Of a stretch of DNA of 64,000 nucleotides, positions 40,475-50,990 are shown piece by piece. Positions within the stretch are counted from its first letter, which is position 1, and every line of letters starts with the position of its first letter. The position numbers and the translations under genes were made by a program. Source of the stretch: Acidobacteriota bacterium (lineage in GTDB: Bacteria; Acidobacteriota; UBA890; WLXD01). Under the pieces are notes generated by a model, which worked only from the letters and a program-made list of their open reading frames with translations, was not told the DNA's origin and did no database searches. Location of the stretch: contig CBDBHB010000008.1 in the NCBI GenBank assembly GCA_965205505.1, forward strand, positions 800,001 to 864,000, written 5' to 3'.

Positions 40475-41227
40475 ATGGGCAAGACGATAGAGCTCGAGAT
40501 CTTCCGGTACCTCCCTGAGCAGGGATCCGAGCCCACTTTCCAGAACTACGAGGTTCCGTTTCACGGAGAGTGGGTCGTTCTCGATGCCATCAACTACATC
40601 AAAGAGGAGATCGACGGCACGCTCTCGTACCGCTGGTCGTGTCGGATGGGCGTGTGCGGAAGCTGTGGAATGATGGTAAACGGCGTGCCGAAGCTCACCT
40701 GCGCGGCCTTTCTGAAGGACTACTATCCCGGCAAGATCCGCGTCGAACCTCTCGACGGGTTCCCGGTCGAGCGGGACCTCATTTCCGACATGGATGACTT
40801 CATCGAGAAGCTGAAGAGCGTCAAGCCGTGGATCATCCGTAAGGAAGGTGAGGAAAAGCCGATCGAGGAAGGCGAATACCTACAAACCCCACGCCAGCTT
40901 GTTGAATACAAGCCGTACTCGATGTGCATCAACTGCATGCTTTGTTACGCGGCGTGCCCCGTCTACGCGATCGACACCACGTTCTTGGGACCGGCGGCGA
41001 TCGCCCTCGGCCAACGCTACAACATGGATTCACGCGATCAGGGGAGAGATCAGCGGCAAGAGGTGATCGCCAGCCACGAAGGGATTTGGCAGTGCACATT
41101 CGTCGGTGAGTGTAGCGCCGTGTGTCCCAAGGATGTCGAGCCGGCAGGCGCGATCCAGCGCGCCAAGGTCGCCAGCACGATCGATTACTTCAAGGAAGTG
41201 CTTTTGCCCTGGGGCAAGAAGAATTGA
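40475..41227 (+). CDS. frdB: Fumarate reductase iron-sulfur subunit
   Basis: [34 protein letters not shown]. Confidence 0.93.
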   Translation: MGKTIELEIFRYLPEQGSEPTFQNYEVPFHGEWVVLDAINYIKEEIDGTLSYRWSCRMGVCGSCGMMVNGVPKLTCAAFLKDYYPGKIRVEPLDGFPVERDLISDMDDFIEKLKSVKPWIIRKEGEEKPIEEGEYLQTPRQLVEYKPYSMCINCMLCYAACPVYAIDTTFLGPAAIALGQRYNMDSRDQGRDQRQEVIASHEGIWQCTFVGECSAVCPKDVEPAGAIQRAKVASTIDYFKEVLLPWGKKN

Positions 41228-41604
41228 GCTATCGGCGACGAGTTCCGAACACCTGGTGGCTCAAGCGGTGGCCCTACTTCCTGTTCATGGTTCGGGAGCT
41301 CACCAGCCTCGGCGTTGCCGGCTACAGCGTGTTCCTTCTGTTTCTGGTTTATCGACTCGGTCAAGGGCGCGAGGCCTACGAGGCCGCGATCGGCCTGATC
41401 ATGTCGCCGACCAGCATCGCGCTGCATTTGGTCGCGCTGGTGCTCGCCGTCTACCACACGGTCACTTGGTTCAACGTAACTCCCAAGGTCATAGTGATTC
41501 ACTTTGGCGAGGAACGTATTCCCGGCTTCATGATCGCCGGCGCTCACTACGCCGGATGGCTCGCGGTGTCGATGATCGTCGCGTGGGCCGTGCTGGGAGC
41601 GTAA
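41224..41604 (+). CDS. frdC: Fumarate reductase membrane anchor subunit C
   Basis: [23 protein letters not shown]; TTGA overlap with frdB. Confidence 0.85.
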   Translation: MSYRRRVPNTWWLKRWPYFLFMVRELTSLGVAGYSVFLLFLVYRLGQGREAYEAAIGLIMSPTSIALHLVALVLAVYHTVTWFNVTPKVIVIHFGEERIPGFMIAGAHYAGWLAVSMIVAWAVLGA

Positions 41605-41609
41605 TCACC

Positions 41610-41963
41610 ATGGCCAAGTCCAACGAACCGATTCCCTGGTCACTGTTCTCGGCCGGTGGGATGTTGTCGGCAATGCTGCTGCCTATCCTGGTCGTCATCA
41701 CCGGAATTCTCGTGCCCTTCGGCTTTGCGCCGCTGGAGTCCCTCGGCTTCGACAAGGCGCACGCCGCCGTTTCGGGCAACCTGCTGGTAAAGCTGATTCT
41801 GTTCGGACTGATCTCTCTGTCGCTCTTCCACTGGGCACACCGCTTCAGGTTCGCGCTCGTCGACATGGGCCTGCAGAAGATCAAAGGGCTGATCGGCTTT
41901 GCCTGCTACGGCAGCGCCCTTGCCGGCGCCGTAATCACCGCCGCGCTTCTCTGGCGGATCTAG
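41610..41963 (+). CDS. frdD: Fumarate reductase membrane anchor subunit D
   Basis: KSNEPIPWSLFSAGG, HWAHR, CYG. Confidence 0.88.
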   Translation: MAKSNEPIPWSLFSAGGMLSAMLLPILVVITGILVPFGFAPLESLGFDKAHAAVSGNLLVKLILFGLISLSLFHWAHRFRFALVDMGLQKIKGLIGFACYGSALAGAVITAALLWRI

Positions 41964-41977
41964 CTGGGCACGCCGCC

Positions 41978-42664
41978 TTATGCCGCCGCGTGCTCCTTGC
42001 GATGCGCGGCAACATCGAAACCGATCTTCATGAGCACCATCAACACCAGGCCCGCGGTTGGTGAGCCGGTGAGCAAGAGTAGAAATCCGCTGCCGATGAT
42101 CACCAGGTGCAGGAGGATAACGCGCCGGTATGGTCCGGTCATCAATTCCTGCAGCGTCGCAGATCGGTACTCGCCGGCACCGAGATAGTTGACCAGGAAC
42201 GACACGCCGTGGCTGACGATCAGGGTGATCGCGCCGTAGGCGAGCGTACGCTGGCTCAGCGCGTTCACCAGCGTACCCCAGATCAGCACGGGCACCAGCG
42301 TGATGGGCGAGTCGATGTTGGCGCCCAAGAGCAACCCGGGTATCTCCGACCCTTGCCCCCTGAACATCGCCGTCAGCAAGACCCCATGCACTGCGGCGAA
42401 TCCGCCGTAATGAACGGCAAAGAACGGGATCAGCACCAGCTTGCCCAGCCATGCAGCCGGATCTCGGATCCGCACAGCGAGAATGCGCAACACGTTGAAC
42501 ACGCCGACGATGAGGTTCTCGATCCAGTACAAGAGCACCACGTCGCCGACCTCCCAGCCCATCCACAGCACGCCGGCCAGCGGCACCAAGTTGGCCAGGA
42601 TCAAGGCGGCAACCGAAGGCGTTAGCCACGACGGCAGCACAAGTCGGTTCAGTCGAGTGAACAT
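41978..42664 (-). CDS. DUF6498-like membrane protein
   Basis: ANLVPLAGV, LYWIEN, FFAVHYGGF, PYRRVILLH. Confidence 0.8.
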   Translation of the reverse strand: MFTRLNRLVLPSWLTPSVAALILANLVPLAGVLWMGWEVGDVVLLYWIENLIVGVFNVLRILAVRIRDPAAWLGKLVLIPFFAVHYGGFAAVHGVLLTAMFRGQGSEIPGLLLGANIDSPITLVPVLIWGTLVNALSQRTLAYGAITLIVSHGVSFLVNYLGAGEYRSATLQELMTGPYRRVILLHLVIIGSGFLLLLTGSPTAGLVLMVLMKIGFDVAAHRKEHAAA

Positions 42665-42769
42665 CGCCCTCCGCTCCCGAGTCGTTGCGCCGCGAGCGAT
42701 TGTGCCCGCAACGGCGTACCGGCGATACAATGCCGCAGCGAACGTTAGTGAGCCACTGGGAGGTGTGCG

Positions 42770-44044
42770 GTGAATCGATTCGTCGGATGTTTAACGCTAC
42801 TCGTGACGCTCGGATGTAGCCCGTCCGCGCCGCAGCCCATTCCCGGCTACAGGGCGTTCGTCGGCGCCACCCTCATCGACGGAACCGGCGCCGATCCGAC
42901 CCGTAACGCCGTCGTGGTGGCTCGCGACGGTCGCATCGAGGCGGTCGGATCTGCCGAAACGGTCGAGATCCCGGAGCGCGCCGAGATCATCGATCTGTCT
43001 GGTCGCACTGTGATCCCGGGCCTGATCAACGCGCACGGCCACGTCGGGGATACGCTGTGGCTGGAGGGCGGCCATTACTCCGAGGACAACGTACGGGCGC
43101 ATCTCGGCCTGTACGCTCGCTACGGCGTCACGACCGTGCTCAGCTTGGGCGGTGACGGCGCCGAGGGCGTCGACGTACGCGACGCCGAGGGCGTCGACCT
43201 GAGCCACGCGCGGCTTCGAGTTGCCGGCGCCGTGGTTACCGCCGAGTCACCCGATGAGGCCCGGTCGCAAGTACTCGCCAACGCCGAGCTCGGGGTCGAC
43301 TTCATCAAGATCCGCGTCGACGACAACCTCGGCACCAGCGCCAAGATGCCGCCTCAGGTCTACGCCTCGGTCATCGAGGCGGCGCACGCCAACGGGCTTC
43401 CGCTGGCGGCGCACCTTTTCTACCTCGACGACGCCAAGAGCCTGCTCAGGGCCGGGGCCGACTTCATCGCCCACAGTGTGCGCGATGCTGCCGTCGACGA
43501 GGAGCTCATCGGACTGCTGCGTAACACCGGCGTGTGCTACAGCCCGACCCTGACGCGCGAGGTATCGACCTTCGTTTACGAGAGCGAGCCGGAGTTCTTC
43601 ACCGATCCGTTCTTCCTGGCGCACGCCGATACCAGCGTCCTCGATGCGCTACGTACACCCGAACAGCAGCAACGCTATCGCGACAGCTCGACCGCCCCAC
43701 GCTACAAGGAAGCGCTGCGCGTGGCCCAGGCCAACCTCAAGGCACTCGCCGATGCCGGCATCCCGATCGCATTCGGCACCGACAGCGGGCCACCGGCGCG
43801 CTTTCAAGGCTACTTCGAGCACATGGAGACCGAGCTGATGGCCGAGGCGGGGCTGTCGGCGGAGCAGATTCTGCTCTCGGCCACCGGCGTCGCTGCCGCG
43901 TGCGTGGGACTCGACGAAGTAGGCACCATCGAGCCGGGAAAGTGGGCCGATATGGTCGTGCTGACCGGTGATCCGTTGGCAGATATCGCTAACTTGCGCA
44001 CCATCGACTCCGTATGGATCGCGGCGAACCGCGTGGCATCGTAG
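42770..44044 (+). CDS. Lipoprotein amidohydrolase family protein
   Basis: LGC lipobox, PGLINAHGH, FGTDSG, GTIEPGKWAD. Confidence 0.9.
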   Translation: MNRFVGCLTLLVTLGCSPSAPQPIPGYRAFVGATLIDGTGADPTRNAVVVARDGRIEAVGSAETVEIPERAEIIDLSGRTVIPGLINAHGHVGDTLWLEGGHYSEDNVRAHLGLYARYGVTTVLSLGGDGAEGVDVRDAEGVDLSHARLRVAGAVVTAESPDEARSQVLANAELGVDFIKIRVDDNLGTSAKMPPQVYASVIEAAHANGLPLAAHLFYLDDAKSLLRAGADFIAHSVRDAAVDEELIGLLRNTGVCYSPTLTREVSTFVYESEPEFFTDPFFLAHADTSVLDALRTPEQQQRYRDSSTAPRYKEALRVAQANLKALADAGIPIAFGTDSGPPARFQGYFEHMETELMAEAGLSAEQILLSATGVAAACVGLDEVGTIEPGKWADMVVLTGDPLADIANLRTIDSVWIAANRVAS

Positions 44045-44147
44045 CGAGTTCGCCGCGAAGCGGAGTTGTATGATCCGAACAAGCTCGTCAACCCGTCTGT
44101 GGGGCCGACTCGGAGAGGAATGATCCTTGCCAAACCTCGGCACAGGA

Positions 44148-45615
44148 ATGCGTTTCGGCGGCGCTTCGACCATCGCGGCCACCGCTGCGTTGCTCGCGGT
44201 GCTGGCCATGGCGCTCCCCGCAAACGCGCGGCAATCCGACGGGGTCCAGCGGATGGCGGGCGCGCGGCTGCGCGCAACGCGGAGCGTCGCTTCGATTCTC
44301 CAGGCCGCGCTTCTTCGCCGGTCGGATCCCGCGGCGGGCGTGGCGTTCCGGGTTGCCCTGCCCGAGCTGCGCCAACCCGCGCTACCCCCGGCCGCGGGTA
44401 AGACCCGCCTCCAGGTGGGGGTTCACCGCGACATCGTAGACACGCGCGCGCGCGCCATCGACGGGGCCGACCTGGAGTGGGAACCAACTGCCGACGGCGG
44501 CTACACAACCACGTTCGCAGTAGCCTCGGCCGGCGCGCGCAGCATCCAGCTGGCGCTGCGCGTCGTCGCCCTACCCGTCGATGCGGAGGTGCGCTTCTTC
44601 AACCCCTCCGATCCAGTGCAGGCGCATGGACCGTTCAAGTCGGATCTCATGGTGCCCTCACCAGAGGCCCGGGCGCGCGCTGACGGCAGCGAGCTGTTCT
44701 GGTCGCCGGTCATCAGCGGCGCCGAGCTGGGGATCGAGATCTTCTTGCCGCGATCGGCACTCCCCGGCGAGTTGCGTTTTGCCATGGTCAAGGTGGCCCA
44801 CCTGATCCACGTCGTCGACACCAAGGATCTATCCGACCTAGGAAATTCCGGCAGCTGTGAGCGCAACATCGCCTGCGACGCCCGCTGGACAACCGCCGCC
44901 GCAAGCGTCGCGAAGATCGTCTTCCAATCCGGTGGCCGCTCGTTCCTGTGTACCGGCCAGCTCATCATCGATAGCGACGTGAACACTGAGCGACTCTGGT
45001 TCCTGACCGCGGCGCATTGCATGGCGAAGGCAACAGAAACCCGGTCGGCGGTGTTGTTCTGGGGGTTCCAACACGCCAGGTGCGCGGGCAACGATATCCC
45101 ATCGGTCGTTCAAACAGCCGGTGGCGGGAAGCTCAAGTTCACCACCAAGGCCAAGGGACGGACGAACGACCACACGCTGATGGAGTTGCGTCAAACGCCG
45201 CCAGACGGAACGACCCTGGCTGGCTGGAGCAGGGAAGACCCCGAAGGAGCTGCTACGTAAGACTGTACAGGGCAGCCACCATCCGTCTGGGGATGCAAAG
45301 AAGAGCAGTATCGGCAAGCTGGCCGGCTTGGACGGCGTGAACTTCACGGCAGAAGGTCTCCTGGTGGTAGAGGGAGACTCACATTTCCGCGTGCGATGGA
45401 AGAACAAGAAGGGCGTGACCGAAGGGGGGAGCAGCGGCTCAGCTCTGTGGTACGGGACAAGATGGCCGCGGCAGTTCGTTATCGGCACGCTCTCCGGTGG
45501 GGCCGCCTCGTGCTTCAACACCGCGGCACCCGATTGGTACGGCAGCTTCGCTCGTACCTACGACGAGTTCGGCAAGTTCCGGCGATTGATCGACCCGGCG
45601 AACAACCGGGAGTGA
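44148..45615 (+). CDS. Lysyl-endopeptidase-like trypsin-fold serine protease; frameshift near 45240
   Basis: TAAHC and D..LMEL, then HHPSGDAK and TEGGSSGS in the next frame; extra C in gacccc. Confidence 0.85.
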
Positions 45616-45717
45616 TCCATGGCGGTCTTTTCGAGGGGGGGCTGAAACCGCCCACCGCGCCTCGCCGCTAGACAAGATCCTGCCCCGGTGACGCTCAGGT
45701 AAGCCGACGCAAGGTTG

Positions 45718-45972
45718 CTATGACTGCTCTAGAATCGCCCGCCCGTCGGCGGTCAGGCTGACCGTTTCGCCGAGCTTGCCGTGCTTACCCAACCAGTCCT
45801 CGGTCTGGATCAGGTCCCAGCCCTTCAGGTCCTCGTACCAGCCGACGAGGAAGTCCTGCGAGTGGTGGTCGAAGCCGACGGTGCCGTTCTTGAGGGTGGC
45901 GGTGCACGTGTCGCCGGCCTGGACGACACCAAGCAGAGCGGTATGGCCACGATGGAGTTTTCGTTCAGACAT
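45718..45972 (-). CDS. Small hypothetical protein
   Basis: 84 aa ORF with GC-rich third positions. Confidence 0.5.
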   Translation of the reverse strand: MSERKLHRGHTALLGVVQAGDTCTATLKNGTVGFDHHSQDFLVGWYEDLKGWDLIQTEDWLGKHGKLGETVSLTADGRAILEQS

Positions 45973-46303
45973 TTTCTGCGCCAGAATTCGGGGGATTGTC
46001 TGGGGGCCGGTCCAGCTACCCCGTTATTGGATAGACGCTTGAAACGCCAAGAAGGTTCCCGCAAAAAAAAAACGTTGCGCGAAAGCGAGTTGAGCACCCA
46101 GCTACATCGTAGCAGCAGGCACACTCCGGCGTCTGACTGCTTGGCCTGCTTCCGATAGTGTTGGGTGCGATCTCAGACCCGCAACACGAAGCCGGTTCTG
46201 ACCTGGCTGCCGATCGCGGACCCGCCGCGAGGCCGACAGCCAGTAGCCGGACCAGGCCAGAGGCGCCGCCGTGGCTCATCGGCAGCCGCCAAGGAGAAAC
46301 GCG

Positions 46304-47932
46304 GTGAACGGTTTTGCGCGCATCCCGACCCCAATAAACGAACCCCCCCTCGCCTACTCTCCCGGCTCCGACGAACGAGCTTGCATCAAGACGCGCTTGG
46401 AGCAGATGCTCGGCGAGCGCATCGAGATTCCGGCCATCATCGGCGGAAAGGACGTAACCACGGGCGATACGCTCGATGTCGTGTGTCCTCACGACCACGG
46501 GCACGTGCTGGCAGTCTGTCACCAGGTCGACGAAACCTGCGTCGAACAGGCCATTGAAGCAGCCGCCGACGCTTGGCGAGAATGGTCCGAGATGAGCTGG
46601 GAGTCGCGTGCAGCGGTCTTTCTCAAGGCGGCCGAGCTACTCGCCGGCCCTTGGCGCGACACCATGAATGTCGCCACGATGCTCGGCCAATCGAAGACCG
46701 TTCAGCAAGCAGATATCGAGGCCGCTGCCGAGCTATGCGACTTCTGGCGTTTCAACGCCCACTATCTGGAGAAGATCTACGCAGGGCAGCCTGAGTCGGA
46801 TCGCGGCATGTGGAACTACGTCGAATATCGCCCGCTCGAGGGTTTCGTCTTCGCCGTGTCGCCGTTCAACTTCACCGCCATCGGCGGGAACCTCCCCAGC
46901 GCTCCCGCGCTCATGGGCAACACGGTGCTGTGGAAGCCGGCTTCTAGCTCGTTGCTCTCGAACTACTACACCATGCGCCTGCTGCAGGAAGCTGGGCTGC
47001 CGGACGGCGTAATCAACTTCGTCTCTGGCCGCGGAGCCCGGGTCGGCGACCCGGTCTTCGCGAGCAGCCAGCTGGCTGGTCTGCATTTCACCGGGTCGAC
47101 GGCTACCTTCCAGCGCATGTGGCGGACGATGGCCGACAACCTCGGAACCTACGGCCGCTATCCGCGCATCGTCGGAGAAACGGGCGGCAAGGATTTCGTG
47201 TTCGCCCACCCGTCCGCGGACGTTGCCGCGTTGGTCACCGCGCTGGTGCGTGGCGCGTTCGAGTATCAAGGTCAGAAATGTTCCGCCGCTTCCCGTGCCT
47301 ACATCCCGGCCTCGCTGTGGAGCCAGGTCAAGGAGCTGCTAGTAGACACTGTGGGCGAGCTGCGAATGGGCCCGCCGACAGATTTCAGAAACTTCCTTTG
47401 TGCCGTGATCGACCGCCCAGCATTCGACAGCATCAGCAACTTCATCGACGAGGCCAACGCCAAGCCCGAATACGAAGTCCTGGTCGGTGGGAGCTACGAC
47501 GACTCGCGCGGTTATTTCGTCGAGCCGACAGTGGTCCAGGCGCAAGACGCCGGTGCGCGACTCATGTGCGAGGAGATCTTTGGTCCGGTGCTCACGGTGT
47601 ACGTATACGACGACGCCGACATGGACGAGACCCTCGACCTGTGCGATACGGGTAGTCCCTACGCGTTGACGGGTGCGATCTTCGCGCAGGACCGACGTGA
47701 CATCGTGCGCCTAAGCAAGCGACTCAAGCATGCCGCCGGCAACTTCTATATCAACGACAAGCCAACCGGCGCCGTGGTAGGTCAGCAACCGTTTGGCGGG
47801 GCCCGCGCCTCCGGCACCAACGACAAGGCAGGATCGCCGTCCAACCTCATGCGCTGGGTATCTCAACGCACGGTGAAGGAGACTTTCGTGCCGGCCACTT
47901 CATACGAATACCCGTTCATGGGCGACGACTAG
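46304..47932 (+). CDS. pruA: Delta-1-pyrroline-5-carboxylate dehydrogenase
   Basis: AAGGAG RBS; ELCDFWRFN, SPFNFTAI, GETGGKDF, EYQGQKCSA, INDKPTGAVV. Confidence 0.95.
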   Translation: MNGFARIPTPINEPPLAYSPGSDERACIKTRLEQMLGERIEIPAIIGGKDVTTGDTLDVVCPHDHGHVLAVCHQVDETCVEQAIEAAADAWREWSEMSWESRAAVFLKAAELLAGPWRDTMNVATMLGQSKTVQQADIEAAAELCDFWRFNAHYLEKIYAGQPESDRGMWNYVEYRPLEGFVFAVSPFNFTAIGGNLPSAPALMGNTVLWKPASSSLLSNYYTMRLLQEAGLPDGVINFVSGRGARVGDPVFASSQLAGLHFTGSTATFQRMWRTMADNLGTYGRYPRIVGETGGKDFVFAHPSADVAALVTALVRGAFEYQGQKCSAASRAYIPASLWSQVKELLVDTVGELRMGPPTDFRNFLCAVIDRPAFDSISNFIDEANAKPEYEVLVGGSYDDSRGYFVEPTVVQAQDAGARLMCEEIFGPVLTVYVYDDADMDETLDLCDTGSPYALTGAIFAQDRRDIVRLSKRLKHAAGNFYINDKPTGAVVGQQPFGGARASGTNDKAGSPSNLMRWVSQRTVKETFVPATSYEYPFMGDD

Positions 47933-48002
47933 TGGCCTGACTCAGCGCGAATCGGGGCTCGGCGACCAAGCTCGTCCGGGCCGGTCGGGGGCATGCCGCT
48001 AG

Positions 48003-48023
48003 CCGCAGGGCGATTCCCTGCGG
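48003..48023. terminator. Hairpin downstream of pruA (no U-tract)
   Basis: ccgcaggg-cgatt-ccctgcgg. Confidence 0.35.
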
Positions 48024-48074
48024 TACGCTATCTGGAGTAGCTTTGCTTATTGTTTGCTATCTAAGCACATTCAA

Positions 48075-49397
48075 ATGGTCCGTAAAGTCGGCAACACTCA
48101 TCCAGACCCTTCGTGCCGACGTCGACGTTCTCTGAACGCACGCCGTCTGGGCGTCGCGTTGTCGACGATGCTGTTGATCAGCAGCGCTACGGCGGCGCAA
48201 CCTGAGACTGCCGGGCGCGACGATCGGGACCTGGCGGGGCGCCTGGAGCGCCGGGCAGGCCGCGTGGCACGCGAGCTCAAGCGGCGCCATCTGCCGCATG
48301 GGACCGTCTTCGACCCCGTCTACGCCGGACCCGACTCCAGCGAGATCGTGCGCTACACGCACGCCGGCGACTCGGCGATCTGGACCGGCCATTACCTCGC
48401 CGCGGCCGCTTTCGAGTACGCCGTCACCGGTTCCCGCAAGGCAAAGAGCAAGGTACGTAAGGCCGTCGCCGCGATTCGCGTGCTTCTCGAAGTCACCGGC
48501 AACGAAACTCTGGCGCGAGGGGCCGTTCCATCGGACTCGCCGTGGGTCGAGGCCATCACCGTGGGCGAGGCTCACCAGGGCGTCTTCGAGGGTAGCTACG
48601 ATGGCGTCGACTACCGCTGGGCGGGCACCACGTCACGCGATCAGTACTCCGGGGTGATCTTCGGCCTCGGTTTCGCCTGGGAGCTGGTGCCACTCGACGG
48701 CATCCGCGCTGAGATCCACGAGATCGTCACTCGACTCGTCGACTACCTACGCAACAACGCCTGGACCGTGCAGAACCCGGACGCCAGCATCAGCACGACG
48801 TTCATTGCGCGGCCCGATCAGATGCTGGCGTTCCTCCAGGTGGCGCGCCTAATCCACCCCGAGCGCTTCGAACTGCCCTACGGCGAGGTTCGCGACGCAT
48901 TCGGTAGTTTGGTCGATCTGCCGATCTCTCTCGAGGCCACCGACCTGCACGGCTCGTACTTCAAGTTCAATCTGGATGCCATCAACCTCGCGCACCTGGT
49001 TCGCTTGCAGGAACCGGGCAAATATCTCGATGAGTACCGCGCCGCCTACGACATCCTGCGCGACGCGGTCGGGTCGCACGAGAATGCGCACTTCAACATG
49101 ATCGACCACGTGATCAAGGGCCCCGACACCGCTCGTGACCGCGAAACCAGGCGGCTTCTGAGACAATGGTTGAAGCGCCCACGACGCAACACATCGGTTG
49201 ACCTTGCCGGTACCTACCCGTCGTGCGGAGACAACCTCGCGTGTGGCGTCATCCCGGTAGCCGAGCGTGTGCCCACCGACTTCCTATGGCAACGCGACCC
49301 GTTCTTGCTGTCCGGCGGTGGCGGCGGCGATGTCGGCGCGCCGGGGATCGACCTGCTCTTGCCTTACTGGATGGCGCGCTATTACGGCGTGCTGTGA
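48075..49397 (+). CDS. Secreted hypothetical protein (helical-toroid-like)
   Basis: GDSAIWTGHYLAA, TSRDQYSG, DFLWQRDP, DLLLPYWM; start uncertain. Confidence 0.75.
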   Translation: MVRKVGNTHPDPSCRRRRSLNARRLGVALSTMLLISSATAAQPETAGRDDRDLAGRLERRAGRVARELKRRHLPHGTVFDPVYAGPDSSEIVRYTHAGDSAIWTGHYLAAAAFEYAVTGSRKAKSKVRKAVAAIRVLLEVTGNETLARGAVPSDSPWVEAITVGEAHQGVFEGSYDGVDYRWAGTTSRDQYSGVIFGLGFAWELVPLDGIRAEIHEIVTRLVDYLRNNAWTVQNPDASISTTFIARPDQMLAFLQVARLIHPERFELPYGEVRDAFGSLVDLPISLEATDLHGSYFKFNLDAINLAHLVRLQEPGKYLDEYRAAYDILRDAVGSHENAHFNMIDHVIKGPDTARDRETRRLLRQWLKRPRRNTSVDLAGTYPSCGDNLACGVIPVAERVPTDFLWQRDPFLLSGGGGGDVGAPGIDLLLPYWMARYYGVL

Positions 49398-49463
49398 GAC
49401 GCCAGCGCTAAGCGCCTCACTTCCACCGCGGCCTGCTAGCGCCCTGATCACAAGCACGGTGAC

Positions 49464-50031
49464 CTAGTGCTCCTCCGCGGCGAGCGGGTTACCTAGCAAC
49501 AAAGGGTTGCCCAGGAGGAACGTGTCGATATCGATCGGCGCGCCGGACTGCTCGATAAGCCGCCGTTGCAGCCGTGCACGCTTATCGGCGGGCATATCGT
49601 CGGCGTTCTCGTCGGGGAAGAAGGCCTCGCGGATACGGGTCTCGATGATGGCCAGTAGCTGCTGCATGACGATGCCGCTGTAGCGCAACGCTACTCGGCC
49701 GGAGAGGTTGCGGAGCGTCCAGTAACTACGCGCGAAACGCAGGAAAGCTGCCCCCGCCCCAGGATAGGCTCACTCGAGCGATCCACCGAACTCGGCCTCG
49801 AACCGGTCCACCGGAACGAAGGCATGGCCTTCGACGGCAGCGTGAAAGAACCCCTGAAACGCCGAGTCGAGTACCACCGCTATGCGGTGCTCAAGACCCT
49901 CGTCAGCTTCCAGATCGGTGGCGTGTCGCAGCAATAGGTCGTCGTCGCCTTCCTCGCCACGAACCCCTACCCGGGCCAGCAGGCTGAGAATCGCCGCCTC
50001 GCCCTGCTCGAGTTCCCCGATCTTGGTCATC
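49464..50031 (-). pseudogene. Hypothetical protein with in-frame TGA at 49770-49772
   Basis: FGGSLE*AYPGAGAAFLRFARSYW joins ORFs 49770.. and 49464.. in one frame. Confidence 0.6.
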
Positions 50032-50077
50032 AATACAGACATCTGTCTGGTATGCTATCGCACTCTGGAGATCAAGT

Positions 50078-50582
50078 ATGGCGCGAACACACTCCGATGG
50101 CGTCGCCTGGGCGACGGGCCCCCGCGGGCGCGGGGTACCGCACAACCCGCCGAACCGCTTCGAGCGCCTGTGGATCGAACCCCTCGAGGCGCCCGCCGAG
50201 CGCGTCGCCACGCTCTACATGCGCGACACCACGCGCAGCATCATCGCGCGCAACAACAGTCCCGACGTGCCGTTCGACGCATCGCTGAAGCCGTATCGCG
50301 GCTGCGAGCACGGTTGCGTGTACTGCTACGCGAGCCCTACCCATGAATACCTCGGTTTCTCGGCCGGACTCGACTTCGAAACCCGTATCCTGGTGAAGGT
50401 CTCGGCGCCCGAGTTGTTGCGCAAGGAACTTGCGTCGGCGCGCTGGCAACCGCAGGTACTGAGTCTCAGCGGCGTCACCGACCCATACCAGCCAATCGAG
50501 CGCCGCCTCGAGCTCACCCGACGCTGCCTCCGGGTGCTGGCAGACTTCCGCAATCCCGTGGCTATCGTCACCAAGAGTCATC
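50078..50582 (+). pseudogene. Radical SAM protein (PA0069/SplB-like), 5' half
   Basis: PYRGCEHGCVYCYA, TDPYQPIE, IVTKS. Confidence 0.9.
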
Positions 50583-50834
50583 CTCGACAACATCGACCTC
50601 ACGTTCGAGACCTTCGAGATTCCTTCTGAGAAATTCAAGACCGACGCCAATGGATTCGACACCGTTGAGGTCGATCCCTTCGCTTTTGAAGGCGCCGACG
50701 CACTCTTGATCGACCAGGTGTGGCTGGCCTTCGAACAGGGGGATGTCACGGTCTTGATGTCTTCTAGGACGAACCTCGACAACGGGAAGAAGATGGAAGT
50801 TGGCTCGGTTAGCTGCACCAAAGTGCAGGGCTGA
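50577..50834 (+). pseudogene. 3' fragment of an unrelated gene abutting the radical SAM 5' half
   Basis: Open frame VILDNIDLTFETFEIP...VSCTKVQG* without a start codon. Confidence 0.5.
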
Positions 50835-50990
50835 GGATGTCTCGGTCCAGATGCCGACGAGGTGGACTATCTGGGTGCTGGGGGTGAGCTTCATGCCAGG
50901 ACGATATCAGTAGGTTGCTCTAGCACGGTGAGCGGGCCCTCTGGCTGCCGGGTTGTGATAGACGCCCTCCAGCGGTACTAAGAGGTCGTG

